Shown piece by piece: positions 24,495 to 38,252 of a DNA stretch of 64,000 nt (the first letter of the stretch is position 1; the number at the start of each line of letters is the position of its first letter). A model generated the notes under the pieces. The model saw only the letters and a program-made list of their open reading frames with translations. It ran no database searches and was not told the origin of the DNA. The translations under genes and the position numbers were made by a program. Origin of the DNA: Octopus vulgaris (lineage: Eukaryota); the NCBI GenBank assembly GCA_951406725.2, contig OX597826.1, forward strand, positions 52,390,001 through 52,454,000, written 5' to 3'.

Positions 24495-27400
24495 TGTATG
24501 TATGTATGTATGTATGTATGTATGTATGCGTGTATGTGTGTATGTATGTATGCATGCATGCATGTGTGCTGCTGTTTTCAGCCGTTTGTACGTCGGCGAA
24601 AAATGTAAAAATCCCACACAATGAAAATTATCACTTTAAGAATGAAGCCCCTCTAAGATATTTGTTCTGCACCGCATTAGCTACTTCTTGTGATTTAATC
24701 ATTATATATGCTGCCATCCAGTGATTATCTCCTTGGAAACCTGTAACCAACGACGCTAACATCCACCAGCAGACACTTTGAAATCACCATAAATTATTTC
24801 AACCTAAAAAAGAATTGAATTGCCATTTTTTATATGACTCTTGGAATTTAATAATACTTTTTTAACGCATAGCACAAGCATTTTGAATAGGGGACTCTAT
24901 TCTATGTCTTCAGTGTGTCTAGCTGTTCAGTTTAGCTTAGATGTATTGTAGCAGCGTTTCAAGTATTTATTGTAAATTTTAACCAGGTAGATGTTCACCT
25001 GTAATCTAAACAAGACAATAAAGAACCGAGTTAAATGGGCATCTATAGTTCGCGAAATGGTTAACTTAGCGATCATGTGTTTTAAACATATCTATGGAGA
25101 TGTACGATATACTCACACAGAAGTACATTTATAAGTGCGTTTGAGTATTTTAAGTTGAACCAGGTGAGAATCAAGCACAGAAAAAAATAATCGACAACAT
25201 AACCAGGAATGTCTATCTGATGCACGTTCCTTTGTAGACAATTACAGATTAAGTCATTAAGTAATTAAACAAGTAGCTCCAATATAGAATTTTAAAAAAA
25301 TAAGATTTAGAAAATCAATGGTTTTTCACTGAATATTTATATTATTGCAGTTTGTGACGCGCACCTGATGAAATGGGTCTGTTACCTGGTTCCAAACTTC
25401 TACATTTGATTTTGACCATATATGAAGTTCCTAAATATTATGGACGGAAGAAATGTAATGGTGTGAGGTTCATGCATTTCCAGTAGCATTGTAGGTAAAT
25501 GTGAAGTGGTTTTCAGCAAAAACTCGGAACGTAAATCCCGGATATAAGACAGTGTAGTGGGTAGATCTTAACATTTGCTCCTCTCCTGTTAGATAATAGT
25601 CATCTCTAACATTTAACTAATATCATTTTGTTGACACTGGGAGGGTGGTAATGTCGACCCTGTTGAGATTTTAAATCAGAACATTAATGAAGTAACTAGA
25701 TAACATAAAAAATATTTTTCCGTGTTCAAAAGATTTTGCGATCCGTCGCCCTAAATAGAGTAGAAATGTTAGTCTCGATTGACTTTTCACAACTCCCTAT
25801 ACTCTGTGGAAAGTATAAGGAGTACAATTAACTCTGATGCATTCTACATGTTTCTCTCAAGAATATCGAAGTACCATAGACTTGATGAACTGAAAATGTG
25901 AGCTGATTTCGTTTCTCTTTAATGTGTATGTAACATCACTTATATTATTAAACTCGGATAGAAAGGGTTTGAACGCCACAACGTCACATTTCTCTAACCT
26001 AGTAAAATACAGTCATTAATATGAAAAAGAAAGTACATTTTCTTATACAACGATCGTCATATTTATCGATTATAATTCTTAAATTCCCCACATTCATTTA
26101 CACCTATACACATACATGTACATGCATACAGATCTTCACACGTAGACTTAGTTATTCACATCCTCATTGATGAGATATATTTATTTATTGAATTTTCACA
26201 GATGAATATACACATATATAAAAACCTTTGAAATATCATACAAGCACATATACTAAGTTATTTTTTGTAAACATAAGAATAATATCTAGTAAATATGTTT
26301 TTAATAGCTAATTAAATCAATTAAGATAATGAATTTTCAGAGCACTGCATTTTTTCACATGCGTTCACGCATACTACGCCAGTGAATAGAGACAGATCTC
26401 CACGCTGCTTCGCACGATGACGACTACATACTCTCCTCATAGCTGTCATAAAGAAAATGTAGTTTTATTTGACACCATTTCTTACAACACTTCAATTATC
26501 TGTCTCTGAAATAATCTATCAGGGTTACTGATATAAAAGCAAAGCAAATCATCTCATTCTCACGTACCACCACCCTCCATCACGACTGGATAAATATCGA
26601 TTTGATTCCAAAAGAATTTAAGTAAATGTGTATATATAAAGTTTATACTTACAGAATTTTCAAACTGATGTTATGTCAGGCTATGTTGGAATAGTTGCTA
26701 TCGTTGATGTTGTTCTGTTTGTTCTAGCAATTGTTGCAATAATTGCTTTCGTCGCTTTAAACAGAGAGGCCATTTCACTGTGCTTAATAGCACACAACAC
26801 CTGCCGTGTGTCTGCAGACAAACACTTTCGGTTAATAACTTACGGAAACAATAAATTCCTTTCTCCCTTTCTCAACTTATCACCTCATATATACATCGAA
26901 TGAATCCGAATACTCTTATTTCCCGTAGAGATGTGAATGTGTGTGTGTGCACGCACATATCTCTGTTAGTGTATTTGTGGTGTGTATGGACACATGCAAA
27001 TGTGTTTGTTTATTTGTCTTTTGTGTAATTACTTGGACGCAATGAACTCACACGTAGGTTTATGCACACACACATGCACACACACACACATATATGTATG
27101 TATATGTGTATGTATGTATATTTGTATGTATGTACCTATGGATCTATGTGTGTGTGTTTTTTTACATTATTTCCGTGAATCAGTGTGTCAGTGTTCCACA
27201 CGGAAAATACGCTTTTGTACGCACCTGAGTACATCGGTGACAGGTATACGACAGCATATAAGAGAATATTTGCACGCTGACAGGAATGGGGAATAACTAG
27301 AATGTCTATTTCCACAGATCTATGACTGCTACTATACGTAGTTGCATTCGCGTTTGCATGTACGTGGAAGGGAAATTAATTCGTTAGCTTATAATACGCC

Positions 27401-28215
27401 TGTAAAAGATCTATGTGCTTTGATGTAGGCTTTTGTCAGTATAAGGTTCTACAGAGAATAAAAGGAAGATTAGTTTTGATCTTTACGTTATCCAGCATAA
27501 TCAATAATTATATCTCAGACTGGAGGTGGAGGGAGCGACGAAAATATGACGGTAGTCGAAACGTTTCCATAGTAACGTTTGGCACACGAGTATTCTTGTA
27601 AATATTCCATATGGTTCATTGGCTTTATCACTTTTAGCACAGTAATTCTATTGCAATTTTAATTTAATTTTTTTTTTGTTTTCGTTTTTCACTTTTTCTC
27701 CTCCACTGTAAACAGAATTGTTTTTGTTACGTGGTAATAATCAAAAGTGAAAGTAAACCGAGTGAGTAGCATTAAAAGATGGAGCGAATAAAACCAGGAA
27801 ACGGCGACGATTACGGCAGCGGCAGCAGCAGCAATAGCAAGCAGCTAAAGCAATAACAGACACACCGATAGCAATAACAGCAGACTCTGTAGCAGTTACA
27901 GTAGCCGCGGCAGCGACAGCAACAGTCATGCAGAAGTGCAAAACGGTGGTTTGTAATTTTAAAATTGTACCGGCTTAAAAAAGTAAACCTTATTTCATTG
28001 GCTGAGGAATTAAAGAATAATTACTTGTCGGTGGATTAATGACAGAATTAAGTGGTTGTCTGTAGAAATCGCGTTTAAGCGTTGTTATAATATCAGGAAT
28101 TATTAATTAATAATTCCCTTTGTTAAATTGTACACTTTACAGTCCATATCCATGTAGGTGAATATTGAGGTAAAAGTAGTCATAACACTCTCTATTAATA
28201 TTAACAATGATGATG

Positions 28216-28283
<68 letters not shown>

Positions 28284-28285
<2 letters not shown>

Positions 28286-28498
28286 TCTTTTCTACTATAG
28301 GCACAAGACCTGACATTTCAGGAAGAGGTGAGTCAATTACATCGACACCAGTGCGTAGCTGGTACTTATCTCCTCGAGCCCGAAGGGATGAAAGGCAGAA
28401 AACACTTCGGCAGAATTTGAACTCAGAATGTTAAGACAAATGGAATGCAGTTAAGCATTTTGCCTGGTTTGTTAACCATTTTGTCAGCTAGCCACCTT
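28284..28498 (-). mobile_element. SINE family A with (AAT)n tail tract at 28206-28283
   Basis: Homologous to 35224-35441 on the minus strand. Confidence 0.8.
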
Positions 28499-28541
28499 AA
28501 TAAAAATAAAATTGTCTACAGAATTCTAATGTACGCGTATG

Positions 28542-28581
<40 letters not shown>

Positions 28582-29194
28582 GTGTGTTTTTGCGTGTGAT
28601 TATCTCTGCGTGTATTTTGTGTGTGTGTGTGTGTCTGTCTGTCTGTATGTGTGTGCGCACGCGCGAATTGGGAATTTATAGATAGTTCCACTTAAATACA
28701 GATCGCTGAAATACAATCAAACAGGATGGTTTTCTGCGTAAATTGTAAATATTCCCTGGAGTATCCATAGTTTCGGCACAATTGTAATGGGAATAACATG
28801 TTAATTTCTTATTCTCTCTCTCTCTCTTTTCCTTTCCCTCTTTCTTTTTCTCTCTTTTTCTCTGTCTCTTTCCCTCATACGTCATATCACGTCACATCAC
28901 ATCACATCACATCACATCACACCACATTGCACCACATAAATGATATCGTACTTTTATTCACAACAGCAAGTAATTGCAACTGAGATTTTACACACCCGTG
29001 GTTCCAAGTTATGACTAAAGAGTTTATTATAATATAACCAATAATCTCATAGAAACACAGTAAATATTGAATAAAAATAAAATATATGTAAGTGAACTAA
29101 ACATCGTGTATACTTTATCCCATGTAGGAACTGCAAGATCTACTCAGAAGTATTGCTGTCTCTTTTTCTGAATCCGTCGTAATATCGGGAAAAC

Positions 29195-29392
29195 CTTCTA
29201 AGACAGCGAGAGGGCTGAACGCTAAGCGGCTTTTACGTTCTGTGTTCAAATTCCACCGAGGTCGACTTTGTCTTTCATCCTTTGTAGGGTCGATAAGGTT
29301 GATAAAATAAGAACCAGTTGAAAACTGGGGTCGTAATAATCATCTTTCCCTCTCTCACTAAAGTACTGACTTAGAGCCAAATTTTGAAACCA
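29195..29392 (+). mobile_element. Degenerate SINE family A
   Basis: gttcaaattccaccgaggtcgactttgtctttcatcc...ccaaattttgaaacc. Confidence 0.75.
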
Positions 29393-29494
29393 GTATCGGA
29401 AAACCTGTATTACCAGCAAGCTTCTTAGTGTAACAAATGCTTCACCCCTTAGCCTCTGCCTTTCTCTTGAGTGGGCAGCGAGGACTGAATTACT

Positions 29495-29558
<64 letters not shown>

Positions 29559-29561
<3 letters not shown>

Positions 29562-30185
29562 GGTGCGGTGAATAAACTGTCGTCTAAATTACGGAAAAAT
29601 GAAAATAACACTGACATCCCATTTTAACATATATATTTACCAAAGTTACATAAAAATATCTTGAAATACTTAGAGTAAATATATTCAATAAAATCGCCGT
29701 TGTCTTCAACCACGGCCTCCGGACGACTTTGGAATCTCCTGAAATTCTGGACGGTATCCTTGTTTAACTTGGTGAATGAAACCATATTCTTTGCCTTCAG
29801 TTCATGTTAGTTGTTACAAGGAGTTTTGTTGGTCTCTCGCTCAACTGCGGAGGTTGCAGTCTTGGGAGTTGGGTGGCCAGATGTTTGAGGTGATGTGGTC
29901 GCATAAATTGTCTGACAGTCGTGACTGGGTTCTCCTGCTTGTGTGGTATGGTGCAGAATCCTATTCCCAGACAAGGATCTTCTAGCGGACACCATTTTGA
30001 CTTAGGGCAGCACTACCTTCACCAGGTAATTGATGTAGGCCTCCGTGTTGAGACTGAATGTGAGACTGAACGTGTGGGAGGATGAATGAAAGCATAACGT
30101 CGACAACACTAGTGATAACTCTAAGCAACATGATGTTGACTGGATGTTTCATTTATATCTCTCCCGGTATATGTTTTGGGGACAT
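29559..30185 (-). mobile_element. maT/DD37D-like mariner 3' half
   Basis: Terminus TA-cagggtgcggtgaataaactg. Minus-strand NLCDHITSNIWPPNSQDCN and KHPVNIMLL remnants. Confidence 0.75.
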
Positions 30186-30891
30186 GCTTAAATAGTCTTC
30201 ACTGTTAATTCTGCCATGAAGGGAAACCATTTGGCCAGCAGATTTCCAAGATATAGCATCCCCCCACCGATCATCAGAAATCCTCCTCCATGTTTAACAA
30301 TTGGAAGAAGGCAGTGTGGATCAATGCTTCTTTAGGCTGTCTCCACACGTATACTCGGCCGGTGGTCTGAAATAAGGTAAAGGGTGACTCGTCCGAGAAA
30401 ATAACATTCCACTGCTCCGGGGACCATTTCTGTAGGTTTTTACTCCACTCTAAACGCTTTGTAACGTTTGATTTTGAAAGTAGTGATTTTCTGATTGCAG
30501 TCCTCCCGTGAAATCTGGCTTTGCATAGCTCCCGGCGAACAGTCTTTGTAAAAACTGGGTTCCCGGGGTGGTCATTAAGCTCTGCAGTAATTTTGGGAGC
30601 TGTACTTTTGTGATCCTTTCTAACAATTCGCGTAAGAGTCCGACGGTCCTTATCTGAACGTTTTGGTTTTCTTCTGCTGTTTTGTCATTATTTTCGAGAC
30701 AGTACTTCTTGATACACCAAATATTTCGGCTGTTTTCGTTACGCTAGCGCCTGCCATACGAGCACCAACAATTTGACCTCTTTGAAAGTTCAATAGATCT
30801 GTTATTTTATTGAATTTTATTTACTTTTTCTGATGATATCTGAAAAGAAGCAGCAATTTTAGCAAAACAAATTATGCAACACTAATGATAA

Positions 30892-30930
<39 letters not shown>

Positions 30931-31011
30931 CAAGCTTTTGGCGGTTTTATAGATATTTCAAAAATATGATGCTATGATGCTAAGCTTTTGTATTATTTTG
31001 TCCAACCCCTG
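30186..31011 (-). mobile_element. Tc1 (DD34E-type) 5' half
   Basis: Terminus TA-caggggttggacaaaataat. Minus-strand FQRGQIVGARMAGASVTKTAEIFGVSRSTVSK, WNVIFSDESPF, VYVWRQP, IVKHGGGFLM, GRINSEDY. Confidence 0.88.
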
Positions 31012-31023
31012 TATATATGTATG

Positions 31024-31060
<37 letters not shown>

Positions 31061-31619
31061 TGATGTGTGTGTGTTTTTGTGTGTGAGTGTTTGCCTCTGT
31101 GTGTATGTGCGTGTGCTTGTATGTGTGTTTGTCTGTGTGTGTGTATGTATGTGTGTGTGTTTGTGTTTGTTTGTGTGTGTGTGTGTGTGTGAGTGCGTGC
31201 GTGTGTGCGTGTGTGTGTGCGTGCGTGTGTGTGTGTGTGTGTGTGTGAAGTATGCGGTGTATTTCCACATCTCGTCTCTTTGATAGAGCTGAAATCCAGC
31301 GTCAAGTAAAGATAGAGACAGGATTGATTTTGAGAATTTATAACAAATTGCGAAAACAATAGAAAATTAAAAAAAAAAAGGAAGAATTCTACATTCGGAC
31401 GAGGTATGGTCTGTTAGGTTTGGAAGTTTTTTGAGCAAAATTTTATTTTTGTGTATTTTTAGCTAAATATGGCTTCCCGCCGCAGAAAGAAGGGAATTAA
31501 TTGGATGAAACTGCATAAGAAACATAAATGTAATTATGTAGCAGCAGGATATAAGATCCCAATGGCGATTTTAGGAGATACACGTGATAGTAATTCAAAT
31601 TTTTCCTTCATGTGTTGAA

Positions 31620-31920
<301 letters not shown>

Positions 31921-32371
31921 AAAACAAAAAACAACGGCAAAGCACTGGTGCATAACTTTTGTCAAATGAAGAAAGAATGAAAATAATATTTAGTATTCTT
32001 TTGACAAACCTGAGAAATGTGAGCAATGTGAACTCCTCTTGGAAGAGAAAAATAATCACATGGCCGGATTCTGTGAAATGAAACGGCATGTCTTATGCTC
32101 TTACTAAATCGTTTCGTAGAAGGGCAAGAAAGGAGCAAATTCAATCTGTACGTTATATAGAAGGATGATGTACGTCTTCGTCTATCGTGAAGAAATAGTA
32201 AAAAGTATCTCTGGCGTATCAAGAGAAAAAAGTAATACATAGATAGATAAATAGATAGATAGACAGAGAAAGCGAGAGAGAGAAAGGGAGAGAGGTAGTG
32301 AGACTGATAGAGAGAGTATGGCTTATAGATAAGAAACGTTTTTTATTCCATTACTATTACTATAATTGTTA

Positions 32372-32953
32372 AAGGCGGCGAGCTGGCAGAAGCGTTAGCA
32401 CGCCGGGCGAAGTGCTTAGCGGTATTTCGTCTGCAGCTACGTTCTGAGTTCAAATACTGCCGAGGTCGACTTTGCCTTTCATTCTTTCGGGGTCGATTAA
32501 ATAAGTACCAGTTACGCACTGGGGTCGATATAATCGACTTAATCCGTTTGTCTGTCCTTGTTTGTCCTCTCTGTGTTTAGTCCCTTGTGAGTAGTAAAGA
32601 ACTTGGTATTTCGTCATCCGTTATGTACTGAGTTCAAATTCCGCCGTGGTCGACTTTGCCTTTCATCCTTTCGGGGTCGATAAATTAAGTACCAGTTACG
32701 CACTGGGGTCGATGTAATCGACTTAATCCGTTTGTCTGTCCTTGTCTGTCCCCTCTGTGTTTAGCCCCTTGTGGGTAGTAAAGAAATAAGTATTTCCTGT
32801 CTTTACGTTCTGAGTTCAAATTCCGCCGAGGCCAAATTTGCCTTTCATCTTTTCGGGGTCAATTAAATTAAGTACTAGTTGCGTACTGGGCTCGATCTAA
32901 TCGACTGGCTCTCTCCCCCAAAATTTCGGGCCTTGTGCCTAGAGTAGAAAAGA
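32372..32953 (+). mobile_element. SINE family A with three tandem internal modules (~183 bp)
   Basis: One tRNA-like head ggcggcgagctggcagaagcgttagc; modules start ~32441, ~32625, ~32807; tail ...gcctagagtagaaaaga. Confidence 0.92.
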
Positions 32954-32961
32954 TTATTATT

Positions 32962-33165
32962 AAGGTGGTCAGCTGGCAGAATCGTTAGCACGCCGGGCAA
33001 AATGCTTAACGGCATTTCACCCGTCTGAGTTCAAATTCCGCCGAGGTTGACTTTGCTTTCATCCTTTTGGGGTCGATAAAATAAGTACCTGTTGAACACT
33101 GACGTGGATGTAATCGACTCATCCCCTCCCCCAAAATTGCTATCTTGCGGCAAAATTAGAAATCA
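32962..33165 (+). mobile_element. SINE family A, adjacent copy
   Basis: aaggtggtcagctggcagaatcgttagcacgccgggc...ccccaaaattgc. Confidence 0.88.
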
Positions 33166-33224
33166 TTATTATAATTGCTATTAAGGCGATCACATGGCAG
33201 AATCTTTAGCGCGCCAGTTGGTGT

Positions 33225-34515
33225 CGGTCGTCTTTTTTACGGTTTGTGATTATTGCGAGTTTGTTTGGAACAATTTGTTATCTGGCGAGGGTAGACTTGT
33301 GTTGCTTTGTTTTTCCCCTTGTATGAGGGATAAATTGACTCGTGCAAACAAATTTACTATGAAAAAAAGGAAAAAAGCATGGATAAATCACCTGTGAAAA
33401 TATGTAGTGAAGCCGGTCCCAGTACCAGTAAAAGCTTTGGTCCTAGCACCATTAAAACCGCCCTGAGCATGGAATTGAGAGACATGCCAACGGCTGAACA
33501 ATTTGTAAAAGGAAATGTTAACTTCGCCCAAGCAACTGGATTAAAAAAAAACGTAATATACAATACGGAACCGAAGATCCTATAAAATTTAAAGGAATGA
33601 TTAAAAGGGAGGGGACGAAGCTAAAGCTGCCCCACCCAGTGAAATAGCTAGCCCAAGAGGAAACTAAAAAAAAAGTGAGAATGTAACAGCTGAGATGGAG
33701 AGTGAAATAGAGCTAAAACAAGAAGAGGGTGGGAAAGAGTGGAATAAAAAGGAGAAAAAAGAAATAAACTTGTCCACCCCCAATAGTCACACACGCAAAA
33801 ACCAAAAAAAAAAAAAATGAATGCATGCGGACTCTAAAACATCTGCTCAGCTCAAATCCCACCCAGCCCACACAGACATTAACTATACTGCAGTAGCAGC
33901 ACGAAATAAAACACTACTGCAAAAGTTAAGAGAATCAAAGGATTCCATTGACAACACGTAAATTCGAAAATATGGTCCCCAAAGACGTGTTCATTTATCC
34001 GATAACTAGAACTAACTATAATCTATTAGGAAAAGAATATAAAATAGACATTGGGCCCATTAGGAAAAATTTTTCTTCCCAAATTTATGAGGACCTCACC
34101 TGCAACCCCGGAAGAAAATGCTCGTGAAGGGGTGAGTATTTGAAAAAAAAACTTTTTATGGACAGTTTTAAGACCGGATGTTTAAATGTTCGCGGCCAGA
34201 GATCGACTTGGAAACAAACCCGTTTCCTACATGACCTCAGGTCGCACCGAAATGTATTATCGTTGCTACAGAGTCTAGATTGAGCAGTCAGAGGGATTTC
34301 TCTCCCCTCCTAAATGGCTACGAGAAGTTTATTTCTTTATACCCACCTGGAAGTGGGGGAGGTGTTGCTGTGCTGTTCAGAAAAAAACTTGTGTGTTGAG
34401 TGTAAAACAATTCTTAACGATCCGGAGGGTAGGCTGGTCGTCGTGGATATGACGTACAACGTTAAGTCTTTCAAGCTGGTATCGGTTTTCCACACAGCCA
34501 TGCCTCCAACTTATT
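33225..34515 (+). mobile_element. L1/Tx1-like LINE 5' part (decayed ORF1 region + APE start)
   Basis: GCLNVRGQRSTWKQTRFLHDLRS (~34177), GSGGGVAVLFRK and ILNDPEGRLVVVDMTYNVKSFKLVSV. Upstream A-rich ORF1-like remnants are less certain. Confidence 0.7.
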
Positions 34516-35223
34516 AAATTTTGACAAATATCTTTCTCGTTTTCGTGGCATATCTCTATTCCTAATATACTTTTCATCTAATTCTCCACAAGATTATAGT
34601 TAATAGAAGAGATATAAAAAATTGTATGAGAAAGAACAATGTCCAGAGTAGCTTCCCTGTGCTTCCTATGTTAGTAAAACACTAAAATTAGTCGTTGGGC
34701 TAATGTCTTTTCTTCACTACATAAATGTATATACACAGATTTTTTTTAATATATTCACTAGATGGAGTGTGCCAATAGTGACTTGACTGATGATTTTCAT
34801 TATCGGTGGAGCCTTTCAGTATTAACATAAAACATCCATTTTTGTCAATATGCTAAGCGTAGTCTTGTATAATAATGTACATTTACTTAGTGAATTTCTT
34901 CATTTTCCTACCTAAGTACTATGAAGTTTCCGCTTCACCGAAAAGTCTAGGAAGCAGAAAGGATGTCCGGAATTATATTCCAAACTTGCCGACGTAATTA
35001 AAATAACTACACGGCTTATTTGCATTTCTTTATTCAGTTTAACCATCACAGTTAAAGGCATGTAGTCGCACTGCTTTCAATTTAACAATTACACTTTTTT
35101 CAATATCTTACGCATTTTTATTAGATTATTGGAGGCTCAGTGCATTTAGTTTGATAGAACTTAAATCAAATTTTAAACAGAGTTCTTTGTAACAGCAAAA
35201 GATCCGTTGATATTTATTTCCAC

Positions 35224-35441
35224 TAAGGCGGTGAGCTGACAGAAACGTTTGCACGCCGGCCGAAGTGCTTAGTGGCATTATGTCTATCTTTACGTTCTAA
35301 GTTCAAATTCCTCCGATGTCAACTTCGTCCTTTATCCTTTCGGGGGTTGATAAATTAAGTACCAGTTGCGTACTGGGGGTCGATCTAATTGACTGGCCTC
35401 CCTCCCCAAAAATTTCTGGCCTTGTGTCTAGAGTAGAAAAG
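35224..35441 (+). mobile_element. Full-length single-module SINE family A
   Basis: 15-bp TSD gatatttatttccac at 35209-35223 and 35442-35456; tRNA-like head; agagtagaaaag tail. Confidence 0.92.
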
Positions 35442-36069
35442 GATATTTATTTCCACATACCTAATTCTTTAAGCAGCTTCCCTGGCAGATAAATGTGCTG
35501 CATACCTCATCATGTTACTCAATAGTAAATGACACTGACACTGACTATGCATACACTGTAGGCGGTGTAACAGTAGAGGAGGATGTTTGATTTATTCGTA
35601 AATGAATAGACAGGCAAAAACACTTAGACATACCTTCAGCAGCACTGTGACATTTTTACATTTAACGCAAGTCCTTAACACATATCTAGAAACTTACAAC
35701 TAGAGAACAGACATAACACTTACGTACATATAATTGAATATATATGTGTGTGCGTGCGTGTAGGTGCGTGCGTGTATGTGTGTGTTGTGTGTGTGTGTGT
35801 TTAAAAAAATCATTTTGCTTAACACTCTTGATACCGTAAAAACATATCTTTGAAAGGAATAATTATATATATATATGAAAAAGATAATAGAATAACAAGA
35901 ATATTTGGAAGGAGGCTTACGGATAAATCTTTCTTCAAGAACACATACACACACACGCAAAAAAATTAATATACTTATATAGACATTTATGTATACATAT
36001 ATGTAAATATATGTATGTATAAATATATATACATACATATACACTCATAGGCATATATATATACACATT

Positions 36070-36278
36070 CAAAATGTGACCGCATGTGTAGCGTTGGCGA
36101 TTTTTTTACCTCCGTCTTCCCTTCTCTGGATCTTTCCTTTTCCTACGTTTCTGACGAAGAGCTCCGCTCGAAACGTTAAACCCTCCTTCTTCCCTTCCTT
36201 CTTGAGCGTCCAATAATACTATATTTGTTCCACGTCCTCGCGTTGTTGTGTTTTCTCTTTGTGTTTTCATGTTTGGAT

Positions 36279-36282
<4 letters not shown>
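36070..36282 (+). mobile_element. Short PLE-terminal-repeat-like cassette carrying a minimal hammerhead, ending at (TA)n
   Basis: Near-identical to 56540-56730; both end ggattaac(TA)n. Confidence 0.75.
36147..36181 (+). ncRNA. Minimal type-I hammerhead ribozyme motif
   Basis: gttt CTGACGA a gagc tcc gctc GAAA cg TT aaac. Helix I gttt/aaac, helix II gagc/gctc, loopless palindromic helix III (ACGT). Confidence 0.75.
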
Positions 36283-36322
<40 letters not shown>

Positions 36323-36414
36323 GAAAGAAAGAAAAGCACGCATTTTTACTTTATATATATATTTTTTGCATTAAATCTTACTATGTGGAGATAATCGAAA
36401 TTCTCCTCTCTTTC

Positions 36415-36736
36415 CTTGCGTGGCACCGTGGGCAAGTGTCTTTTATAGCTTTGGGCCGACCAAAGCCTTGTGAGTGGATTTGGTAAACGGAAACTGGAAG
36501 AAGCCCGTCATATACGTATATATATATGTAAGCGTGTTTGTATATTTGTGTGTCTGTTTGTTCCCCAACATCGCTTGACAACCGATGCTGGTGTGTTTAC
36601 GTCCCCGTAACTTAGCAGTTCGGTAAAAAAAACGATAGAATAAGTACTAGGTTTACAAAGAATAAGTCCTGGGGTCGATTTGCTCGACTAAAGGCGATGC
36701 TCCGGCATGGCCAAAGTCAAATGACTGAAACAAGTA
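36415..36736 (+). mobile_element. SINE family B, 5'-truncated
   Basis: tgcgtggcaccgtgggcaagtgtc...gtcaaatgactgaaacaagtaa. Confidence 0.88.
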
Positions 36737-36954
36737 ATATATATATATATATATATAAAATTCAGGATATCATATTTCTTGTGTGATAGGTGTGTGCTAC
36801 ACACCCATCGAAATGGCAAATTCATTATAAATATTAACTTTGCTCCTTAATTTATCATAAAACTTAATGGAAAACTTTTATTATACCCGTGCTTGAAATT
36901 TGGTGGATTTGGGTGTGGTAGCACACCCAGTACAACAACCACCATACACCACTG

Positions 36955-37145
36955 ATGTGTGTGTGTGTGTGTGTTTGTCCACCACCACCGCTTGACAACC
37001 GGTGCTGGCTGATGTGTTTTCGTCCCCGTAAATGAGCGGAAACCGGTAAAATGAGTACTGGGATCGATTCATTCGACTACAAAATTCTCCAAGACGGTGA
37101 CCCAGCATGGCCGCAATCAAATGACAGAAGCAAGTAAAAGATAAA
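36955..37145 (+). mobile_element. SINE family B 3' half
   Basis: accgcttgacaaccggtgctgg...cagcatggccgcaatcaaatgacagaagcaagtaaaaga. Confidence 0.8.
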
Positions 37146-37643
37146 AAATACTATATTCTTTTACTAGGGATTTTCCTTTATTCTCCTTCCTGAAGCCGGA
37201 CTAGTTGGCTTGTATGGGACTCTTTGCTCTATGACTTCTGCACCACGTGCACAGCTAGTCTAGAAATAGCTGTTAATAATAGCTGTTAAAGATTTTTACA
37301 CATTATTCCTCAGTCCTTTATTTTCTCTGACTATTCTGAAATAATGTTTGAATTATAAATTACACGTTCTAAAGTGATACCACATGTTTTGCATGTTCAT
37401 TCTCGATATATAGATAGACAAAAAGAAAGACAGATAGATAGATAGACAGACAGATAGATAGATAGATAGATACATACATACATGCATACATACACAGACA
37501 CGCATTACTTAGTCAGTGTAATATTATATCTCTGTATTTCTATTTTAAAATAGTTCACATTTCATGTACTCGTACTTCGTGTTTTTTCTTGTACACGTTT
37601 CATGACGTCCTGTGCCCACATATGCATATATATCTCTAATTTA

Positions 37644-37705
<62 letters not shown>

Positions 37706-37805
37706 TTATAGATGTAAGTATGCAAATCCACTCACAAGGCATTTCTGTATTTCTATTTTAAACCTTTCTACTTCCTTCTTTCACCCCAAATGTTTTTCTC
37801 CACTT

Positions 37806-37897
<92 letters not shown>

Positions 37898-38252
37898 CCT
37901 TAATCTCACTCATAACAACGTTAACTCGTATATCTTGCCATTTGTCTTTCGCAAGTTCACGGCCACCTAATTTTATTCTGATTTCTCCCTCCATTCATTA
38001 TTTATAGATCCTTTCCCCCACCAAATCATTCCTATGTAAATCTACACTAATTTGATCTGTCTTCCTCCTTTTCATATTTCACTTATTTGTGTTTATGAAT
38101 TATATAAGCTCTTGCTTGCCCGAGATTCCATTCATGTTTTCGTCATATGAATGTCTTCATCATTTGAAATTATGAATACATTTTGTTTCTTTCATTTGTT
38201 TCAGTCATTGGGTGCAATCGTGCTGGAGCACCGCCATGAAGGTGAACAGTTT

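Noticed and set aside
25366-25400. CTGATGA core without a matching GAAA/helix set (similar at ~24215-24237 on -)
   Set aside because: A complete hammerhead fold could not be built.
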